A DNA stretch of 64,000 nucleotides. Source: a virus. This document shows positions 18,837 to 28,069 of this stretch, piece after piece. Location: positions 17,906 through 81,905 of the IMG/VR virus record IMGVR_UViG_3300047445_000153; one strand, written 5' to 3'. How positions within the stretch are numbered: the first letter of the stretch is position 1; the number at the start of each line of letters is the position of its first letter. Made by a program: the position numbers and the translations under genes. The notes beneath the pieces are model-generated. The model was not told where the DNA came from and did no database searches. It saw nothing but the letters and a program-made list of their open reading frames with translations.

Positions 18837-19223
18837 ATGAACCGGAAAGACTTCTTCTTCAGAGCAGCTTTCACGACATGGGCGTTGATCGTAGCTGGAA
18901 TCGCCGTGGTGAATTCGATGGATGTCGGTGGTTGGACCTTCACCGGAATCATGGTGGCAGTAAGCGTCCTGCTGGTTGCTGACCTGCTGGTCAATGACCT
19001 TCTACCAGAGCGTTTTGTTTTCAAGCGGGCTATGGAGTGGCGGCAATGGGCCTACACGCTCGCGGCATTTTCCTACGCGTCACACCTGTTCGTTGCTGAG
19101 CAGTCAACTAGAAGCGTGCGTATAGACATGCTCGTTATTTACAGCTCGATGTCGATATTCGCTTTGATGTTGAGCTTCCGAAATCTTTTTCACGTACGGG
19201 GTCGAGCGTGCAGAGAACAATAA
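18837..19223 (+). CDS. Multi-pass membrane protein in lysis cassette (holin/antiholin-like)
   Basis: Three to four hydrophobic segments; position. Confidence 0.6.
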   Translation: MNRKDFFFRAAFTTWALIVAGIAVVNSMDVGGWTFTGIMVAVSVLLVADLLVNDLLPERFVFKRAMEWRQWAYTLAAFSYASHLFVAEQSTRSVRIDMLVIYSSMSIFALMLSFRNLFHVRGRACREQ

Positions 19224-19609
19224 AGCAGTGGGCCGTACTTCTTAGCCTCATGTGGTCGGTGACTGCGTATGCAGCCACTCACTCGGATGTCGCGTTCGGG
19301 GCTGACTTGGCCAGCATCCCGGTGATCGCCTACATGATCACCGTGATCCTGAGTGGCATCGGTGGTGCGGCCTTCACGCTTCAGCGCTTGTCAGCCGCCC
19401 CCGATCTATCGCGGTGGAAGCTTGAAGTCTCGAAGGATCTCGTGTGCGGGGTCGCCGCGGGTCTTGTCACGTTCTTCTTCTGCGAAGCAATGCACTGGTC
19501 TTCGACGAGTGAGGCTGGTGCGATCACGGTCGCTGGTTACGGCAGCTCGAAGGTACTTGACCTGTTCCTCAACCGCTTCACTCAGCAAGCCGGGGATGCC
19601 AAGCCGTGA
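19208..19609 (+). CDS. Holin-like protein
   Basis: Hydrophobic segments with GIGG, CGVAAGLVTF, AGYGSSKVLD pattern. Confidence 0.7.
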   Translation: MQRTIKQWAVLLSLMWSVTAYAATHSDVAFGADLASIPVIAYMITVILSGIGGAAFTLQRLSAAPDLSRWKLEVSKDLVCGVAAGLVTFFFCEAMHWSSTSEAGAITVAGYGSSKVLDLFLNRFTQQAGDAKP

Positions 19610-20103
19610 AAATCACCTTGATCGTTTCAGCCATAGTCGGATTGCTTGGGACTGCTATGGGATGGGGACTCACGCACGGTTATTACCGCAGCGTGCTGGC
19701 TGAGAACGCATTGGCCCTCTCTCAAGCGCAGCAACGCGCGGATTCACTCGCGCTCTTCGCACAAACCCAGTCGACGCTGGTCATCAACCAGATCGACGCG
19801 ACCTATCAGGAAAAGCTCCATGAACAAGATGCTCTCCACGCTCGCGATCTCGCTGATGTTCGTTCCGGTGCTCTGCGGTTGCGGGACTCCGGCGCCAAGT
19901 GCCCCGCCCAAGTTTCAGCTGCCCCCGGCGCCAGCGTCGGTGACGGTCAAGCAGGAGCCGAACTTTCGGCTGCGGCTACTGAATTTCTTCTCAGTGAAGC
20001 CGAACGAGCTGACCGCGTCGCCATTCAGCTTGGCGCCTGCCAACAAGTAATCGAGTCCGACCGCAAGACCCTTGACCAACTCTTCAACAGGATTTCTGAA
20101 TGA
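19606..20103 (+). CDS. i-spanin (Rz-like)
   Basis: N-terminal TM; DVRSGALRL and EAERADRVAIQLGACQ. Confidence 0.85.
   Translation: MKITLIVSAIVGLLGTAMGWGLTHGYYRSVLAENALALSQAQQRADSLALFAQTQSTLVINQIDATYQEKLHEQDALHARDLADVRSGALRLRDSGAKCPAQVSAAPGASVGDGQAGAELSAAATEFLLSEAERADRVAIQLGACQQVIESDRKTLDQLFNRISE
19820..20050 (+). CDS. o-spanin lipoprotein (Rz1-like), embedded in the +1 frame
   Basis: MNKMLSTLAISLMFVPVLCG-C lipobox and Pro-rich mature part, fully nested in Rz. Confidence 0.8.
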   Translation: MNKMLSTLAISLMFVPVLCGCGTPAPSAPPKFQLPPAPASVTVKQEPNFRLRLLNFFSVKPNELTASPFSLAPANK

Positions 20104-23100
20104 CAACGAATACCGGCGTTCCAACAAACCCGGATGGCCAGACACTGGCGCTCGTCGTGGCGCCAGTCCTCTCCACCACGCCGCACGCTGCGAGCAAGAT
20201 CCTGTACGGGTCTGGCGCACCTTCGGCTTCCATCGGCGTTGACGGTGACTTCTACCGCAACCTCGACAACGACGACATGTATGGCCCGAAACTGGCTGGG
20301 GCATGGCCGGATGGGTACTCCATCCGCGGCTTCCAGGGGGACCCCGGTCCGGCTGGACCTGCTGGTCTTCTGGACCCCGAACAACTGGACGACATCGAGA
20401 CGTCGGCCGAGGCAGCGGCAGCGAGCGCAGCGGCATCGGCGCAAAGCGCCGTAGCAGCTGCGGCAAGCGCGACGGCGGCGAACACGTCGAAGGTCGCAGC
20501 GGGCACGAGCGCAACAAACGCCGCAGCCTCCGAGACGGCCTCGAACGCGAGCAAGGTCGCGGCAGCAGCGAGCGCAACCGCAGCATCTGGATTCGCCACG
20601 CAGGCTGCATCTAGCAACACTGGTGCGACCACTGCTGCGACAGACTCGGCCGCAAGCGCAACCGCCGCGAACGCCTCGAAGATCGCAGCAGGGATCTCGG
20701 AAACGAACGCAGCCGCCTCAGCCGTGGCAGCGAACACGTCGAAGGTCGCAGCGGGCGTCTCGGAAGGCAACGCGGCAGCAGCTGCTGTCGCAGCGGGCAT
20801 CGCTCGGGATGAAGCACAGACGGCAGCGCAGCAGGCCCTGCAAGGCGCCGCGCCGATCGTGTCCCCTGCTTTCACCGGCAACCCGACCGCACCGACACCG
20901 GCGACTTCCGACAACGATACTTCGGTCGCGACCACCGCGTTCGTGAAGGCAGCAATCGCAGCAGCGGGTGGTGGCGGCGGCGGCGCAGTGTCGACCGTCG
21001 CGGGCCGCACGGGCGACATCCTGCTCACAATCGCAGACGTGACGGGCGGCGCACCGCTGGCCTCCCCCACCTTCACGGGAGATCCGAAGGCACCGACCCC
21101 GGCAACCAGCGACAACGACACGTCGATCGCGACCACCGCGTTCGTGAAAGCGCAGGCCTACGCCCCGCTCTTGTCGCCTGCCCTGACGGGTACGCCGACT
21201 GCACCGACTGCGGCGGCTGGGACCAGCACAACCCAGCTGGCCACCACCGCGTTCGTCACCGCAGCAATGGCAGCGGGCGCAGGCAGCGGCGATGCGGGTG
21301 TGCGCTTCGTCGAGTCGTTCCCCTCGGGCGGCACCGACGACACGACCCAGCTGACCAACGCGCTCGCGTGGCTTCAGGCTGCTCCGCGTCGCACGCTGGC
21401 GATGCAGCACAACAAGGCCTACACGCTCGGCCACCAGATCACGGTGCAAGGCGCGTCGTGGTTCCGCATCGAAGTCAACGGCGCGACCATCAAGGCAGCG
21501 AATGGCATGCCCTGCCAGTTCGGTGACTGGATGCTGAACTTCGTGAGCTGTACGGATGGTGTGATCGTCGACCTGAACTTGGACGGCAACCGCGCGAACC
21601 GCCCGGTGGTCGTTGGTCTGCAAGAGGCACACAACATCCGCGTGTGGAACAACTGCAAGCGCATCACGTTCGTGCGTACCCAGTCCGACAATGGGTGCTG
21701 TGACGGCTTCTACATCGGTGCGGACGACGTGACGAACCTGTCCACGTTCCCGACCGACATCCGGCAGATCGATTGCGGCGCAAACAACTCGTTCCGCAAC
21801 GGGCTGTCGCTGATCAACTCGGTCAACTTCGAGGACTACAGAGGCGCCTACAACAACTCGGTCGGCACGGCGCCTGAAGATGGTGTGGATTGCGAACCGA
21901 ACGGTGACGTGGCTTCTGGTGACCTGGGCAACATCAACCCGCGCTTCTACCACACGACGGCCAACGGCAACAGCGGTCTCGGGTTCCAGATCTTCCTCGA
22001 CTCCAACCACGGTGTGAAGCTGTACGACGTCACGGCCAGCGGCAACATCTCGGGTGCAGTCAGCGCATTCCGCGGTGGTGTCGAGATCTACGGCATCACG
22101 CTGGAAGGTAGGCCGGGGATGGATACCGACCGGGGGGTGATCGACTTGGCGGGTGCTGGCGCGGGCTTGAGCGTCATCAAGGACGTCGTGGCGCGTGACT
22201 ACATCACGAACGACAACGACCTCCGTCCGATTGTCTTCGTCGACGTCGACGTGGCGGGACCTGTCACGGTCGATAACGTGAAGACGTTCGACTGTGACTG
22301 CCCGATCCTGATTGCCAACTCCCCGGTTGAGCTGGCGCAGAACCTCGAAGCGCATGGCCAGATGGGTGGCTACACCGTCAAGCTGATGGCGGGGGCTGAC
22401 CAGTCTACGCTCAAGGGCATCACGGCCCACGACGGCCAGCTGGGCGTGTACGTCAACGCACCGGATGTCTCGGTGAACGACGTGAAGCTCCACAATCTGG
22501 AAGTCACCGCCCCGTTGATCGTGTTCGACACGGGCGCGCTGCGGCCCTCGCTCGACGGTGTCGAGCTGTTCCAAGACGCGGGCGTGCCGTCCGGCCAGAT
22601 CGGGGTGTCCTTCGCACAGGCTCCGGTACGCGCGACCAACATCGTCGGTCACGTGCGGACTGGCACGGCCTGGACGCCGACGACGCTCATCTCGTTCGCA
22701 GGCGGCACCACGGGCTCGCTGATCGCCAACAACTCGCCGTCGACGGTCAGCTCGGGTGTGGCTCCGCTCGCCTCCCCGGCTTTCACTGGCAACCCCACCG
22801 CGCCCACCCCGGCGACGTCCGACAACGATACATCGGTCGCGACGACCGCTTTCGTGAAGGCGGCAATCGCCGCAGCTGGCACGGGTAGTGGCGCACCGCT
22901 CGACTCCCCGGTCTTCACCGGCAACCCGACCGCACCGACACCGGCCACGTCGGACAACGACACGAGCCTCGCGACGACGGCGTTCGTGAAAGCGCAGGCG
23001 TACGCACCGCTCGCCTCCCCCGCCTTCACCGGCAACCCGACCGCGCCCACTCCGAGCGCTGGTGACAACGACACGTCGGTCGCGACGACGGCCTTTGTCA

Positions 23101-24317
23101 CGGCTGCGATCGCAGCTGCGGGCACGGGTGGTGGCGGCACGACCACGGTGCGGCAGACGGCGCTGCGCAACTGGAAGAAGTCGAACACCAGCAAGATCGC
23201 GGCGCTCATGGGCCGTGGCCAGTCTGGTTTCGGCCGTGGCCGGATCCTCGGCATCGGCGACTCGTTCACGGCGGGGTTCGCGGGAGCAGGCACGTCCTTC
23301 ACGAACGGACGCTCGCAGTCGTTCCTCACGCATCTCGCCCGAGCGATGGCCGCACGGGGCATGAAGGCGACGGCGGATTGGGCGGTGGGTGACGGCAACT
23401 CGGGCGACGTGCCGCTGGTCTACGATCCGCGACTGGTGCTCAGCGGGGGTGCGAGCCTGCTGGATACCTCTTTCAAGTGCCTCGGTGGCAGCGGCTGGAC
23501 GATGGATGGTACCGGCAACCGGATCACCTTCACGCCGGTGGACGCGGCAGGCGTGGCGATTGCGTTCGACACGGTCGAAGTGCTGGTGATGTGTAACAAC
23601 AACACCGGGGTGTCGGGCAACTTCGACGTGTTCTACAACGGCAATTTCACCACGCCTGCGCAGACGGTCACCAGCAACGACATCATGGGCGTGAAGAAGG
23701 TCACGCTCACGGTGCCCGGTGCGGCTGGCACGACGGCGAACTCGGTGACGTTCCAGCGCAAGACCAATACGACGTTCATCGCGGCGGTCGGCACGCGGGT
23801 TGCATCCAAACCCGGCATCGAGATCATCAACGCGGGTAGCACGGGCACGCCGCTGGCGACGTATGCAGCAGCCCCCGGCTCTACCAGCGGCTCGGGTGAC
23901 TCGAACACGTGGAACACGCGTGCAGCGGCGAACGTGCTGATGGACACGAACGCGGTCAACGTGACGTTTATCAACGGCTGGTACAACGACAAGGATGCAG
24001 CCTCGACGATCGCCGCCACGCAGACGCAGCTCGCCAACCTGATCACCGCCGCGAAGGCTTGGGGTGATGTGGTCTTCATCGGCTACGCGCCGCTCGACCC
24101 GAGCGACACCACGCTGACCCTCTACAACCAGTGGCAGGATGCGATGTATGCGACGTGTATCGCCGCTGACATCCCGATCATCGATCCGCCCGCACTGCTG
24201 CCGGTGTATGCAACCGGCGTGTCGTACGGGCTGTACGGTGACTCGCTGCACTTGAACGGTTCCGGCCATGCGCTCATCGCGCGATCCATCCTCGAAGCTA
24301 TGAGTGACATCGCGTAA
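20100..24317 (+). CDS. Large fibre/tailspike: Ala-rich stalk, fibre repeats, parallel beta-helix and C-terminal SGNH esterase
   Basis: Collagen-like GDPGPAGPAG; six SPAFTGNPTAPT..DNDT..ATTAFV-type repeats; GGTDDT..L..AL beta-helix start; SGNH blocks GDSF, INAG..G, WYND, DSLH. Confidence 0.82.
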   Translation: MTTNTGVPTNPDGQTLALVVAPVLSTTPHAASKILYGSGAPSASIGVDGDFYRNLDNDDMYGPKLAGAWPDGYSIRGFQGDPGPAGPAGLLDPEQLDDIETSAEAAAASAAASAQSAVAAAASATAANTSKVAAGTSATNAAASETASNASKVAAAASATAASGFATQAASSNTGATTAATDSAASATAANASKIAAGISETNAAASAVAANTSKVAAGVSEGNAAAAAVAAGIARDEAQTAAQQALQGAAPIVSPAFTGNPTAPTPATSDNDTSVATTAFVKAAIAAAGGGGGGAVSTVAGRTGDILLTIADVTGGAPLASPTFTGDPKAPTPATSDNDTSIATTAFVKAQAYAPLLSPALTGTPTAPTAAAGTSTTQLATTAFVTAAMAAGAGSGDAGVRFVESFPSGGTDDTTQLTNALAWLQAAPRRTLAMQHNKAYTLGHQITVQGASWFRIEVNGATIKAANGMPCQFGDWMLNFVSCTDGVIVDLNLDGNRANRPVVVGLQEAHNIRVWNNCKRITFVRTQSDNGCCDGFYIGADDVTNLSTFPTDIRQIDCGANNSFRNGLSLINSVNFEDYRGAYNNSVGTAPEDGVDCEPNGDVASGDLGNINPRFYHTTANGNSGLGFQIFLDSNHGVKLYDVTASGNISGAVSAFRGGVEIYGITLEGRPGMDTDRGVIDLAGAGAGLSVIKDVVARDYITNDNDLRPIVFVDVDVAGPVTVDNVKTFDCDCPILIANSPVELAQNLEAHGQMGGYTVKLMAGADQSTLKGITAHDGQLGVYVNAPDVSVNDVKLHNLEVTAPLIVFDTGALRPSLDGVELFQDAGVPSGQIGVSFAQAPVRATNIVGHVRTGTAWTPTTLISFAGGTTGSLIANNSPSTVSSGVAPLASPAFTGNPTAPTPATSDNDTSVATTAFVKAAIAAAGTGSGAPLDSPVFTGNPTAPTPATSDNDTSLATTAFVKAQAYAPLASPAFTGNPTAPTPSAGDNDTSVATTAFVTAAIAAAGTGGGGTTTVRQTALRNWKKSNTSKIAALMGRGQSGFGRGRILGIGDSFTAGFAGAGTSFTNGRSQSFLTHLARAMAARGMKATADWAVGDGNSGDVPLVYDPRLVLSGGASLLDTSFKCLGGSGWTMDGTGNRITFTPVDAAGVAIAFDTVEVLVMCNNNTGVSGNFDVFYNGNFTTPAQTVTSNDIMGVKKVTLTVPGAAGTTANSVTFQRKTNTTFIAAVGTRVASKPGIEIINAGSTGTPLATYAAAPGSTSGSGDSNTWNTRAAANVLMDTNAVNVTFINGWYNDKDAASTIAATQTQLANLITAAKAWGDVVFIGYAPLDPSDTTLTLYNQWQDAMYATCIAADIPIIDPPALLPVYATGVSYGLYGDSLHLNGSGHALIARSILEAMSDIA

Positions 24318-24347
24318 CAACCCTGTTGTTTCCGTAGTCGTCCGTTT

Positions 24348-24373
24348 GGGAGCCTTCGTGGCTCCCTTTTTTT
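24348..24373 (+). terminator. Intrinsic terminator
   Basis: GGGAGCC-TTCGT-GGCTCCC plus T7. Confidence 0.9.
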
Positions 24374-24385
24374 ATGTATGATGAA

Positions 24386-24413
24386 CTAGTCGACGGCCTA
24401 GCTAGCTAGCTAG
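24386..24413. repeat. CTAG array upstream of parA (candidate centromere/operator)
   Basis: CTAG at 24386 and (CTAG)4 at 24398-24413. Confidence 0.55.
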
Positions 24414-24522
24414 TTTGTTGTCAAGCGTGCGTCTAATCGGGTCAACCTCCATCCACGGAGTTGAACTCCACCGCTCGATAGTCTATCCTCCTGCAACAAT
24501 CCATCATAACTAGGAGCGCAGG

Positions 24523-25191
24523 ATGACTGTCGTTGCGTTAGCCGTAGAGAAGGGTGGTGTGGGGAAAAGCAACCTGACGGAATCGTTAGCCGCGCTGCGC
24601 GCTGGGTTGAAGTACCGCGTGGCGATCTTGGACCTAGACCGTCAGGCGTCCACCAGCAAGTGGGGCTTGCGAAGAAAGGACACAGGAGGTCTTCCTCACG
24701 TCCACATAGAGAGGGGGGCGGGTGTCGACGAGGTCGTCGTGCTGGAGGACTTTAGGCGTCGGTTGTCGGACCTGAAGCAAGCGTATCAGGACGTGTTCAT
24801 TGATGTCGGGGGGCAGGACAACGGGCTGTTCCGCGAAACGCTTTTGTTGGCGGATAAGGTCGTGGCCCCGTTGGTGCCTGGACCCGCAGAAGCCGACACA
24901 GTCATCGACCTTGCGAACACGCTGCGCGGCATGAGGCAACGCCCGGACGTCCGCGTGGTGCTGAACATGGTCAGCGGGATGCCGAACCTGTTACGCGTCA
25001 TGCAAAGCACACTGGACGACCACAAGGATGTCTTGCCGACCGTTGGCTTCACGATCGGTCGGCGCGTCGCGTTCCCGTACGCGAGCGCGGCAGGGAAGGG
25101 CGTGAGCGAGCTGGCCACCCGCAAGGAAGGGTTTGATCCTGCTGCTGCAAATGATCTGCGCAGCCTTTACTTGGAGATTTTCGGAAAATGA
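24523..25191 (+). CDS. parA: ParA partition ATPase (type Ib)
   Basis: KGGVGKS deviant Walker A, DLDRQAS, FIDVGG; no N-terminal HTH. Confidence 0.92.
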   Translation: MTVVALAVEKGGVGKSNLTESLAALRAGLKYRVAILDLDRQASTSKWGLRRKDTGGLPHVHIERGAGVDEVVVLEDFRRRLSDLKQAYQDVFIDVGGQDNGLFRETLLLADKVVAPLVPGPAEADTVIDLANTLRGMRQRPDVRVVLNMVSGMPNLLRVMQSTLDDHKDVLPTVGFTIGRRVAFPYASAAGKGVSELATRKEGFDPAAANDLRSLYLEIFGK

Positions 25192-25586
25192 GCACAGCCC
25201 GATTCAACGCGAAGAGCAAGAAGGAGTTTTCCGATCTCGCGCCCGCAGAGGAGGGCGCACAGGCGGCTCCGGAGACCCCACCCGCTACTCAGCCCTCAGC
25301 AGAGCCTCAGCAGCCCGCTGTGGCCCCTCCTGTGCAGCAGCTGGTGGCAAACCACCCTCCTGCGAAACCGCCTTTGACTGCTCCAGCGTTGCCGCAGGGC
25401 TACGTCAAGAAGCGCGGTGTTCGAGACCGTGGCCAGCCGCTGAACGTGTTGATCCCGTCGCCACTGTTCGACAAGCTCCAGCAGACGGCGCGCGACCTGG
25501 GCGTCACGCAGAAGGACATCGTGGCCAAGGCGATCGAGAAGGAGCTGAAGCTGATCGAGTTCGAACTGGGGCAACCGGGCGGGTGA
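25188..25586 (+). CDS. ParG-like ribbon-helix-helix partition protein
   Basis: ATGA overlap with parA; disordered N-terminus; LNVLIPSPLFDKLQ..A..LGVTQKDIVAKAIE. Confidence 0.75.
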   Translation: MSTARFNAKSKKEFSDLAPAEEGAQAAPETPPATQPSAEPQQPAVAPPVQQLVANHPPAKPPLTAPALPQGYVKKRGVRDRGQPLNVLIPSPLFDKLQQTARDLGVTQKDIVAKAIEKELKLIEFELGQPGG

Positions 25587-25603
25587 CCGTGGATTTGCCC
25601 TAT

Positions 25604-25935
25604 TGGGAGGATTTCCGGGTTGCGTTAGTTCGGAGGAAATGGTTATCCACAAACGCTCGCGCGGGGTTTGTAGACGTTTGTATACGTTTGTAGGAGGCTG
25701 AGACCCTTCACCAGTAAGGCTTTGCTGGGAGCTATTGGGAGGATTTCCAGACGCATTGGGAGAATTTCCAGACGAACTGGGAGGATTTCCGGGTTGGTGA
25801 TTGGGAGGATTTCCAGACGAATGCCTGTTATCCACAGGTTTTGCCCGGAAATCCTCCCAGTGACAACGGATCGGGAGGGATGATAATCTAAACCCTCCCA
25901 GTCATCCGGCCTGCGACAACCCGGAAATCCTCCCA
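25604..25935. repeat. Iteron-type plasmid replication origin
   Basis: TGGGAG(G/A)ATTTCC at 25604, 25736, 25757, 25778, 25802, inverted at 25847 and 25923; DnaA boxes TTATCCACA at 25643 and 25828; three GTTTGTA 10-bp repeats at 25666-25695. Confidence 0.92.
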
Positions 25936-26691
25936 ATGAAACTCAAGCACGCGAAGGCTGCGATCGATTTAGTCGATCGGCATGTGACCCTGCATAACGA
26001 CCTTGTCGTTGCCTCGCATGGGCTGAAGACCCTGGCTGAACAGCGCATCGTGAAGTCGTGCGCGGCCAAGATCGACTCCGTGCGGCTTGAGAACAATCGA
26101 TACAAGATCAAGCTAAACGCGAGAGAGTATGCAGAGACCTTCGGGCTGGATATGGCCACCGCCTACGAGCAGCTGAAGAGCGGGTGCACAGAGCTGACTG
26201 AGCGGTGGATCGAGTGGTCGGAGACGGTGGTGAAGGAGAGGGGAGTCATCGCGCGGCATAAGGACCGCTGGGTGAGCGGTGCGACGTACGTCGACAAGGC
26301 GGGTTGGATCGAGCTGCGGTTCACGCCGGAAGCGACGCCGTTCCTGAACGTGCTCCGTGGCAACCACACGACCTACTTGCTGCGGCAGGCTGCGTCGTTG
26401 CGGTCGATCTACTCATGGCGGCTGCTGGAGCTGCTGATGCAGTTCAAGGACACTGGCTGGCGGCAGATGCCGATCAAGGACTTCCTCCGCGCGATGGACG
26501 CGAAGCCGAGCCATATGCAGAACTTCAAAGATGCTCGGAGGCAGATCATCGAAGTCGCGGTGAAGGAGTTGCAAGAGAAGGACGGGTGGATGATCGATTG
26601 GGATACCGTCCGGGAGGGGCGGAAGGTTGTAGGTATCAAGTTCAACTTCAAACGTGATCCTCAAGGAAAACTGGCCTTCACAGAGGCCTGA
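25936..26691 (+). CDS. Replication initiator, Rep_3 (RepB/RepE) family
   Basis: HNDLVVASH.L...EQRI, RWVS.A.Y, LRSIYSWRLLELL, IIEVAVKEL, GRKVVGIKF; adjacent to iterons. Confidence 0.92.
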   Translation: MKLKHAKAAIDLVDRHVTLHNDLVVASHGLKTLAEQRIVKSCAAKIDSVRLENNRYKIKLNAREYAETFGLDMATAYEQLKSGCTELTERWIEWSETVVKERGVIARHKDRWVSGATYVDKAGWIELRFTPEATPFLNVLRGNHTTYLLRQAASLRSIYSWRLLELLMQFKDTGWRQMPIKDFLRAMDAKPSHMQNFKDARRQIIEVAVKELQEKDGWMIDWDTVREGRKVVGIKFNFKRDPQGKLAFTEA

Positions 26692-26694
26692 CTT

Positions 26695-26910
26695 ATGCCA
26701 AAGCTTGCCCAGCTCGCTGGCCAACGATTCGGCCGACTGGTCGCGGTCGAGCGTGTACAACCCGAAATCCCGAGGGCTCAATGGCTCTGCGTGTGTGACT
26801 GCGGCGCCACAACTGTCACGTACGCGGAGAACCTTAAACGTGGCCGGACCAAATCCTGCGGGTGCCTCCCTCGGGAACGCGTGCGGATTTTTAAACTTCA
26901 AAAGACATGA
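26695..26910 (+). CDS. Small Cys-rich domain protein (type found N-terminal in phage HNH/AP2 proteins)
   Basis: LAGQRFGRL..WLCVCDCG..L.RG.TKSCGC. Confidence 0.7.
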   Translation: MPKLAQLAGQRFGRLVAVERVQPEIPRAQWLCVCDCGATTVTYAENLKRGRTKSCGCLPRERVRIFKLQKT

Positions 26911-27260
26911 CCCAGACGTTGCAGGAGATGGAGGCTGAGCTGGCCGCGCTGTACGCGAAGGTACAGGCAGAGAAGACGCGCGTACGTACGACCGCGCTCG
27001 AAGGCATTAAAGCCATGCTGGAGTCGGGCACGCTGACGGCTGACGATCTGCGGGAGCTGCTACCCCCACCCCCGCCTCCTGAGCGTCCCAGGCGGGACTA
27101 CAGGAGGCCTCCGAAGTATCGCGACCCTGAGAGCGGCGGCACGTGGACGGGGCAGGGGGCCGAGCCGAACTGGATCAAGGGCAAGAACCGAGACCAGTTC
27201 TTGATCGATCAGCGCTCCTCGATCTCGACCAGCTCGGGCTCGAACGTGAAGGGCTCGTAG
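26907..27260 (+). CDS. H-NS family protein
   Basis: N-terminal coiled coil; PPKYRDPESGGTWTGQGAEPNWI. Confidence 0.88.
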   Translation: MTQTLQEMEAELAALYAKVQAEKTRVRTTALEGIKAMLESGTLTADDLRELLPPPPPPERPRRDYRRPPKYRDPESGGTWTGQGAEPNWIKGKNRDQFLIDQRSSISTSSGSNVKGS

Positions 27261-27550
27261 GTCACCAGTGTGATGCCCCATGAGCCATTGAGTGGTGGCC
27301 ACCCTTCGACCTCGCCGCTGTTGAAGCGCTGCTCGGGGTCGAAGTGTTCAGCGCTCTCGGCCATGAACGTTGCGCAGAACATCTTCAGCACAGCGTCGAG
27401 GGGCGTGTCGTGCCTCAGCCGGTACTCGTGACCACCCCAGAAACTATTGATTTCGAGCAGCTTGTCTTCGGTCAAGATCTCGTGGTCGATCTCGACGGTC
27501 ATCTGGTAGCCGTCAGCGTAGATCAGGTTGTAGCGCTTTTTATTAGTCAT
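27209..27550 (-). CDS. DUF2528-like phage protein
   Basis: VEIDH..LT..KL.EIN.FW and EGWPPLNGS.GI. Confidence 0.65.
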   Translation of the reverse strand: MTNKKRYNLIYADGYQMTVEIDHEILTEDKLLEINSFWGGHEYRLRHDTPLDAVLKMFCATFMAESAEHFDPEQRFNSGEVEGWPPLNGSWGITLVTYEPFTFEPELVEIEER

Positions 27551-27791
27551 GAAACATCTCCTTGAACGCTTGGCGCTTCGCACGAACCGTCTCTAGCAAC
27601 TCGCGCTCTTTCTGTTTGTCCCGCTTGAGCATCGGCGCCCATGCGAGGTAGTGCTCACCGACTTCGCCGATCCACGTGCCGGTGACGAGGATGCCGCCGA
27701 CCGTCAGCAGCATGCACTTGGCGAGGCCGTGCTTGGGCTTCTCGTAGGTCCAGGCCACGGTCTGCGCGGCCACGTATTCTTGTGCTGTCAT
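27543..27791 (-). CDS. Hypothetical protein
   Basis: Overlaps both neighbours in operon. Confidence 0.6.
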   Translation of the reverse strand: MTAQEYVAAQTVAWTYEKPKHGLAKCMLLTVGGILVTGTWIGEVGEHYLAWAPMLKRDKQKERELLETVRAKRQAFKEMFHD

Positions 27792-28069
27792 GCCACATAC
27801 TCCTCGAATGAGAGTGCGACGTGCCCGTCCTTGAGGCCGTAGCCCGACTGCACGTGCGTAATGAGAAGGGTCTGGATCCAGCCGGTGTAGATGAGGGGAG
27901 CACCAGCTTGCATCTCCTCGAAGCTGTGCTGCGTCTGGTACAGCTCCAGAACGTCCCCCACCCGATAGCCCCGGTCGTTGAAGCGGATCTCGGCCCGCTT
28001 CAACCCATTGGCGACGTCGTCGAAGGTTTGAGGATCAGCCTTCAACAGATGAATTCTGCGTGTGGTCAT
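27788..28069 (-). CDS. DUF3850/ASCH-like protein
   Basis: HLLK..P..F..V..G.KRAEIR.NDRGY.VGD.L.L. Confidence 0.8.
   Translation of the reverse strand: MTTRRIHLLKADPQTFDDVANGLKRAEIRFNDRGYRVGDVLELYQTQHSFEEMQAGAPLIYTGWIQTLLITHVQSGYGLKDGHVALSFEEYVA

Noticed and set aside
20718-24320. 1200-aa minus-strand ORF (also 10679-12718 minus, 33453-35321 plus, 50931-52430 plus)
   Set aside because: Antisense shadows of GC-rich genes; Arg-rich translations with no motifs, while the opposite strand has clear domains
25604-25935. CRISPR-like array
   Set aside because: 13-bp cores with 21-24 bp period, DnaA boxes and an adjacent Rep identify these as iterons
27209-27260. 52-nt convergent overlap of the H-NS and DUF2528-like genes as antisense control
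   Set aside because: Plausibly just the meeting point of the two arms; no further support
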